The notes under the pieces are model-generated. The model saw nothing but the letters and a program-made list of their open reading frames with translations, did not search any database and was not told where the DNA came from. A stretch of 64,000 bases of DNA, taken from a bacterium. Lineage in GTDB: Bacteria > Cyanobacteriota > Sericytochromatia > S15B-MN24 > UBA4093. Position numbers and translations under genes: made by a program. The number at the start of each line of letters is the position of its first letter. The first letter of the stretch is position 1. Of this stretch, positions 59,063 to 64,000 are shown piece after piece. The DNA lies in assembly GCA_035285805.1 (NCBI GenBank), contig JAYKJE010000021.1, forward strand, positions 12,267 through 76,266, read 5' to 3'.

Positions 59063-61633
59063 TCAGCTCCAGCCCGTGCCCAGGTCGAAGAGCGGAAGCT
59101 GGGCCGTGTTGCCCTCGGAGAGCTCGTCGCGCAACGTCTGCCGGAGGGACAGCGAGAGGCGGTTCCGTCGCTCGATCTCGGCCAGCACCTGCCGCGACCG
59201 GGCGACGACCTCGGCGGGGAGTCCGGCCAGGCGTGCAACCTCGATTCCGTAGGAACGGTCCGCCCCGCCGGGGACCACCCGGTGCAGGAAGACCACGCCA
59301 TCCGGGGTTTCTTCGACCGTGACCCGGCAGTTCCGGACGCCGTCGAGGCTCAGGGCCAGGGCCGTCAGCTCGTGGTAGTGCGTCGCGAAGAGCGACCGGG
59401 CCCGGACCTGCTCGACCAGATGCTCGCTCACGGACCAGGCGATCGAGATGCCGTCGAAGGTCGAGGTGCCGCGGCCGATCTCGTCGAGGACCACCAGGGA
59501 CCGTTCGGTCGCGTGACGGAGGATGTGGGCCGTCTCGCTCATCTCGACCATGAAGGTGGATTGCCCCGTGGCCAGGTCGTCCACGGCCCCCACCCGCGTG
59601 AAGATCCGGTCGACCAGGCCGATCCGCGCTGAACGCGCAGGAACGAAGGACCCCATCTGGGCGAGCAGGACCGCGAGCGCGACCTGGCGCATGTAGGTGC
59701 TCTTCCCGGCCATGTTGGGCCCCGTGATCACGACCAGCCGGACATCGCCGCTCGCATCGAGCGTGGCGTCGTTGGGGACGAACCGGCCCGGGGGAAGGCG
59801 GGTCTCCAGCACCGGATGCCGGGACGCCTGCAAGTCCAGAGCCCGCGATTCATCGAGATCCGGGCGCACCCAGTCGCCCCGTACCGCGACCTCGGCGAGA
59901 GCTGCGAGCGCGTCCACGCGGGCGACGTGGGTCGCCAGGTCCTGGAGGTGCTCGCCCCAGGTGGCCAGTTCGTCGCGCAGTGCCGTGAAGAGCGCATATT
60001 CGATCTGTCCCATGCGTTCCTGCGCCGTGGTGATGGCCATCTCGCGTTCCCGCAGGACCGGCGTGACGTAGCGCTCGGCATTCACGAGGGTCTGCTTGCG
60101 CTGGTAATCTTCGGGGACGGCCTCGCGGTTGGCGTGCGTCACCTCGATGAAATACCCGAAGGTGCGCGAGTGGCCGATCTTCAGGCTCTTGATCCCGGTG
60201 CGGGCCTTCTCGGCCGCCTCGAAGGTGGCGAGCCAGTCCTTGCCGTCGGCGAGCAGGGCCCGGGTCTCGTCGAGGTGGGCATCGACCCCCGGTCGGATCA
60301 GCCCCCCGTCGGTGAGCGCGATCGGGGGGACGTCCACGAGCGAGGCCTCGAGGCGGCGGGCCAGTTCCAGCAGATCTGGTGGGATGGGCCCCGAGGCCTG
60401 CAGCAGGGCGCTCTCGCAAGACAGGAGGCGGTCCACGACGGGATCGAGGTTCAGTAACCCGTCCTTGAGGGCCACCAGGTCGCGCGCACTGGCCGAACCC
60501 GTCGCGAGGCGACGGGACAGGCGCTCGAGATCGCGGAGGGACTCGAGCCGGCCCTGCAGCAGGGCCCGGAGGCCCGGGTCGCCGACGAGTTCTGCCACGG
60601 CATCATGCCGCCGGGCGATGGGCTCGAGCCTGGCCAGCGGATGCAGTAACCACTGCCGCAGGCACCGCGCCCCCATGGCCGTCCGTGTCCGGTCGAGCAC
60701 GGACAGCAGCGAGCCTTCGAGTTGCCCGTCGCGCGAGGTCTGGACCAGTTCGAGGTTTCTCCGCGTCTGAGCATCCAGGTGAAGGTGGTCATCGAGCACG
60801 ACGGTCCGGACGCCCGTGAAGGCGATCGCCTGGTCGCGACGGGTCTCGCGGGCGTAGACGAGGACCTGGTGGACGGCCTCACGGGCGAGGGGGCGATCCT
60901 GGAGGCCGAATCCCTCGAGGCTCCGCACCCCGAAGGCCTCGCACAGGCGACGTTCGAGCATGTCCGGTGCGAGCCACTCCGAGGCGACGGGCGTGGCCGG
61001 CGCGTCCGGGGGCAGGACCTCATCCCAGCCGTCTCCGAGGAGCGCCCCCCCCCGGCGACCAGGGGAACGACCCCAGGCGGCCGCTTCGAAGGCCTTGCGC
61101 GAGAGTGGCACGAGCAGCTCGCTGGGCTGGATCCGGGCCAGCTCGGCCCGAAGCTGGGGCTCCCCCTGACACTCCGTGGCGACCAGCTCGCCCGTCGAGA
61201 GATCGCCGTAGGCCAGTCCGAACCGGTCCTGCCGGCGCGACACGGCAGCGAGGAAGTTGTTGCGGCGATCGGCGAGCAGTCCGCCCTCGACGACCGTCCC
61301 CGGGGTCACGACCCGGACGACTTCCCGCCGGACGAGGCCCTTGGCCTGGCGGGGATCTTCCATCTGCTCGCAGATGGCCACACGGAATCCCCGCTCGATG
61401 AGCCGTGTCAGATAGGTCTCGACGGCGTGATGCGGCACCCCGGCCATCGGGATGCGGCCATGGTCCCCGGCATCGCGTCCCGTGAGCGTCAGCTCGAGTT
61501 CGCGCGCCGCGAGGACGGCATCCTCGAAGAACATCTCGTAGAAGTCGCCCATCCGGTAAAAGAGCAACCACTCGGGGTGCTCGTCCTTCAGGGAGCGATA
61601 GTGGGCCAGCATGGGGGGATAGGGCGCGCTCAT
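59063..61633 (-). CDS. mutS: DNA mismatch repair protein MutS
   Basis: N-terminal mismatch-binding MGDFYEMFFEDA, Walker A GPNMAGKSTYMRQ, and a full-length 856 aa. Confidence 0.9.
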   Translation of the reverse strand: MSAPYPPMLAHYRSLKDEHPEWLLFYRMGDFYEMFFEDAVLAARELELTLTGRDAGDHGRIPMAGVPHHAVETYLTRLIERGFRVAICEQMEDPRQAKGLVRREVVRVVTPGTVVEGGLLADRRNNFLAAVSRRQDRFGLAYGDLSTGELVATECQGEPQLRAELARIQPSELLVPLSRKAFEAAAWGRSPGRRGGALLGDGWDEVLPPDAPATPVASEWLAPDMLERRLCEAFGVRSLEGFGLQDRPLAREAVHQVLVYARETRRDQAIAFTGVRTVVLDDHLHLDAQTRRNLELVQTSRDGQLEGSLLSVLDRTRTAMGARCLRQWLLHPLARLEPIARRHDAVAELVGDPGLRALLQGRLESLRDLERLSRRLATGSASARDLVALKDGLLNLDPVVDRLLSCESALLQASGPIPPDLLELARRLEASLVDVPPIALTDGGLIRPGVDAHLDETRALLADGKDWLATFEAAEKARTGIKSLKIGHSRTFGYFIEVTHANREAVPEDYQRKQTLVNAERYVTPVLREREMAITTAQERMGQIEYALFTALRDELATWGEHLQDLATHVARVDALAALAEVAVRGDWVRPDLDESRALDLQASRHPVLETRLPPGRFVPNDATLDASGDVRLVVITGPNMAGKSTYMRQVALAVLLAQMGSFVPARSARIGLVDRIFTRVGAVDDLATGQSTFMVEMSETAHILRHATERSLVVLDEIGRGTSTFDGISIAWSVSEHLVEQVRARSLFATHYHELTALALSLDGVRNCRVTVEETPDGVVFLHRVVPGGADRSYGIEVARLAGLPAEVVARSRQVLAEIERRNRLSLSLRQTLRDELSEGNTAQLPLFDLGTGWS

Positions 61634-61663
61634 GGTTCCATTGTAATGCCCGGGGGGCGGCTT

Positions 61664-62779
61664 CTAACCGTTGGCGCGCTTCTGCACCGCGAGGGCTTCC
61701 TGGACCTGGCTCGGACGGCAGTAGTTGAGCTCGACCAGGAGTTCACCCAGCCACATGTAGCGACCGCGACGCGCCAGTTCCTGCTGACGCCGCAGGGCCG
61801 TCTCGAGCTGGACCTGCGAGATGATGCCCTTGGCCACCATGTACTCGCCGAACCGGAACTTGCTCTTGGTCTCGCGCAGGTTATCCACTCCCGTCTCCTG
61901 AGACTGGAAGCGGATGAGGCCCTGCTGCTGCAATTCGGTGACGGCACTGCTGAACCGGTCACCCAGGATGTTCACGAAGCCACTGATCTCGAAGAGCGAG
62001 TGCTGGCCATTGACGCGGGCGAGCACCTTCCAGGTGTCGGCCTCGGCACTGACGCCGCGCAGGGCCGTGTTGGCCTGGATCGAGCGCAGCGTCATCTTGC
62101 CCTTGTCCGTGAGCTCGGGAACCCGGCCCATCGGACCGCTTGCACCCGCACCGCGGGGCCGGGCCGCAGCGTTGCCTCCCATGGAAGTCTGGAGCGTGGT
62201 GCGGTTTTGCTGGAAGGGGTTGGCCGGGCCGAGCGGCTGGGTCGTGGAGGCCACCGGAGGTGCAGGCGCCGGCGCAACAGGGGAAGGCAGAGGTGCCGCA
62301 GGAGCCGGCACCGGTGCGTGCGGAGCGGGGTACGCAGGTCCCTGATGCGCGGGTCCGGGTTCCTGCGCCATCGGGGCGGCGATCGCCGGACCCTGCAGCG
62401 GTGTGGCTCCCGTGGTGGGTGCCATCGGGGCCGTGCCCGGGCGGGGGGGCAAGGGGCCAGAGTGCGTCGCAACGGAGTGTCGCAGCAGGGCCATGTTGTC
62501 CGCGAAGGCCTCGAAGTCGGCCTGACGGTGCAGGTCCTGGGGGTCCTTGATCCGGACCACGAAGTGGCCCGAGCGCCGCTGCAGCATCTCGGCGAAGGCG
62601 CTGATGCCTTGACCATGACCGCTGGCGGCCGCCACGATCCTGCCCCCGAAGAAATGAATGGCGAACCGTTCGGGGCCATCGAGCATCAACTCGGCATGCA
62701 CCTTGGCCGCTTCCAGGAAGCGGATGACCATTTCGAGGCGAAACACCGTGAGATCGCCTGCGAGTGTCGGATATGCCAT
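61664..62779 (-). CDS. DUF4388 domain protein with a Pro-rich linker and a C-terminal GspE-N-like motif
   Basis: N-terminal DUF4388-type sequence (LEMVIRFLEAAKVHAELML...FFGGRIVAA). The C-terminus YMVAKGIISQVQLETAL...LGELLVELNYCRPSQVQEAL resembles the T2SS-E N-terminal repeat. Confidence 0.6.
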   Translation of the reverse strand: MAYPTLAGDLTVFRLEMVIRFLEAAKVHAELMLDGPERFAIHFFGGRIVAAASGHGQGISAFAEMLQRRSGHFVVRIKDPQDLHRQADFEAFADNMALLRHSVATHSGPLPPRPGTAPMAPTTGATPLQGPAIAAPMAQEPGPAHQGPAYPAPHAPVPAPAAPLPSPVAPAPAPPVASTTQPLGPANPFQQNRTTLQTSMGGNAAARPRGAGASGPMGRVPELTDKGKMTLRSIQANTALRGVSAEADTWKVLARVNGQHSLFEISGFVNILGDRFSSAVTELQQQGLIRFQSQETGVDNLRETKSKFRFGEYMVAKGIISQVQLETALRRQQELARRGRYMWLGELLVELNYCRPSQVQEALAVQKRANG

Positions 62780-63017
62780 CGGGGTGCCCAGCCTCCGGGT
62801 GAACGCACGGTGCCGACGTCTCGCGACGGATCGGCTCTGGCAGATTATACACGGCCGTCACACGTCTCAATCCTCCTGGAAACCTGGCAGATGCGTAAGC
62901 TTCGACACAGACCCCGTTATGTCAGGCTGACATCATGAGGGATGCATGAGGCACTCCAGGCGGCCTCGCGAGGCGGGGTCTCGCGGTCCGGAGTGACCGG
63001 AGTCGAGCAAAGGAACC

Positions 63018-63887
63018 ATGGCCTCCCGCTACGAGAAGCAGATCGAGAAGCTGCTGCAGCACGTGAAGCGTCTTCACGGGCTGATCGAGGAGCGGGGACA
63101 GCAACTCAAGTACTGGCAGAGCTATGCCGGCCAGCTGCGCGAGGAACGGCAGCGCCTCGTCTCGGCCATGATCGCGGGGATCCGGCCCGTGCTCTCCGAC
63201 GTGGCCCGGAGGCACCGCGCCGTCCGGGACGAGAACCTCCGGCTCGCGCAATACATCAAGAATCAGGAAGCGCTCCACGAGAAGCAGAATCTGCAACTCA
63301 AGGCCCAGCTCCAGTATGCGCTGGGTCGGATCGACGATCTGTCCCTCGAGCGCCGCCAGTGGCGTGTGGGGATCCAGCAGCGGCAGCAACAGATCTGGTC
63401 GGGGCAGGAGCGTCTCGAGCAGGTCGAACGAGAGCTGTCCACCCGGACGGCCCGTCTCACGGAAGGCTTCGAGGCCGAGCGCAAGCGGGCCCGCGAACTC
63501 GAGGAGCGCCTGGCGATCGCCGAGCAGCAGATCGAGATCCAGCATCTCCAGTGGCAGGATCTCGTCAAGGAACGCGACGATCTGGGCAAGCGGCTCGAAA
63601 GTTCCGAGCGAGCCCTCGAGATCGCCCAGCGCACGCTCAGCGACATGCTGGCTTCCCAGCAGACCTCCATGGGCCGCGAGGTCGACCATCTGCGCGCCCT
63701 CGTGGTCTCGCTCCAGGAACAGACCGAATCCCTCCGGACCGAGGTGGTCCGCAGCCACGAGACGATCGAGACCCAGGAACGCTTCATCGCCGTGTTGCGA
63801 GGCGAGGGAAAACCGGGTATCCGATCCTTGACCGAGCGACGGCGCCCGGTCGAACCGGGCCCGGAGGACCAGCAGCACAGTGGCTAA
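63018..63887 (+). CDS. coiled-coil hypothetical protein
   Basis: Heptad-rich, Q/E/R/L-dominated, 289 aa. Confidence 0.5.
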   Translation: MASRYEKQIEKLLQHVKRLHGLIEERGQQLKYWQSYAGQLREERQRLVSAMIAGIRPVLSDVARRHRAVRDENLRLAQYIKNQEALHEKQNLQLKAQLQYALGRIDDLSLERRQWRVGIQQRQQQIWSGQERLEQVERELSTRTARLTEGFEAERKRARELEERLAIAEQQIEIQHLQWQDLVKERDDLGKRLESSERALEIAQRTLSDMLASQQTSMGREVDHLRALVVSLQEQTESLRTEVVRSHETIETQERFIAVLRGEGKPGIRSLTERRRPVEPGPEDQQHSG

Positions 63888-64000
63888 CACCCCTCATATC
63901 CTCGATCTCATCCGGGACAAGCGCGATGGTCGCGCCCATGCGCCCGAACAGCTCCGCTGGCTGGTCTCCAGCCTGGGAGATATTCCCGACTACCAGCTCG
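63880..64000 (+). CDS. pyrimidine-nucleoside/thymidine phosphorylase (5' fragment, truncated by the window end)
   Basis: ILDLIRDKRDG...DIPDYQL matches the conserved N-terminus of the family. GTG start overlaps the preceding stop. Confidence 0.5.
   Translation, partial: MANTPHILDLIRDKRDGRAHAPEQLRWLVSSLGDIPDYQL

Overview
High-GC (~70%) chromosomal segment with about 65 protein-coding genes, densely packed on both strands. I found no rRNA, tRNA, CRISPR array or obvious mobile element. The backbone is housekeeping: dapB-asd-dapA-rnj (lysine synthesis plus RNase J), a feoABC iron-uptake operon with a Fur-box-like operator, a phoH-pgpH-ybeY-dgkA block preceded by rpsU, ybaB-recR, lysS, comEA-comEC, ylqD-rimM-trmD, folP-folB-folK with a distant folC, fmt, lexA with an SOS box placed divergently to a CIRCE-controlled groES-groEL, ornithine aminotransferase, a Sco1/PCuAC copper-chaperone pair, recQ and mutS. 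A cyanobacterial-type GroEL N-terminus, a Ycf23/DUF561-like protein, the dapA-rnj linkage, and CIRCE together with a GAAC-N4-GTTC-type LexA box tentatively suggest a high-GC member of, or relative of, Cyanobacteriota/Terrabacteria. That lineage call is low-confidence inference. The accessory, poorly characterised content is what stands out. There is a tandem pair of large secreted paralogs with a conserved post-signal CGGFFC motif and a shared C-terminal GCSC / hydrophobic / Arg-rich tail, flanked by lipoproteins. There is an apparently split or degenerate acyl-CoA-dehydrogenase-like gene pair. There are two class III adenylate cyclases, one a ~1600-aa pseudokinase/TPR/GAF/cyclase giant. A LysM protein sits beside a helical-repeat, glycine-zipper-anchored protein with which it shares Gly/Ala 11-mer-like repeats. 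Several small ORFs with good ribosome-binding sites lie in conspicuously AT-rich or palindrome-bearing intergenic regions. Many long ORFs in the six-frame track are antisense or compositional artefacts of the high GC and were not called.
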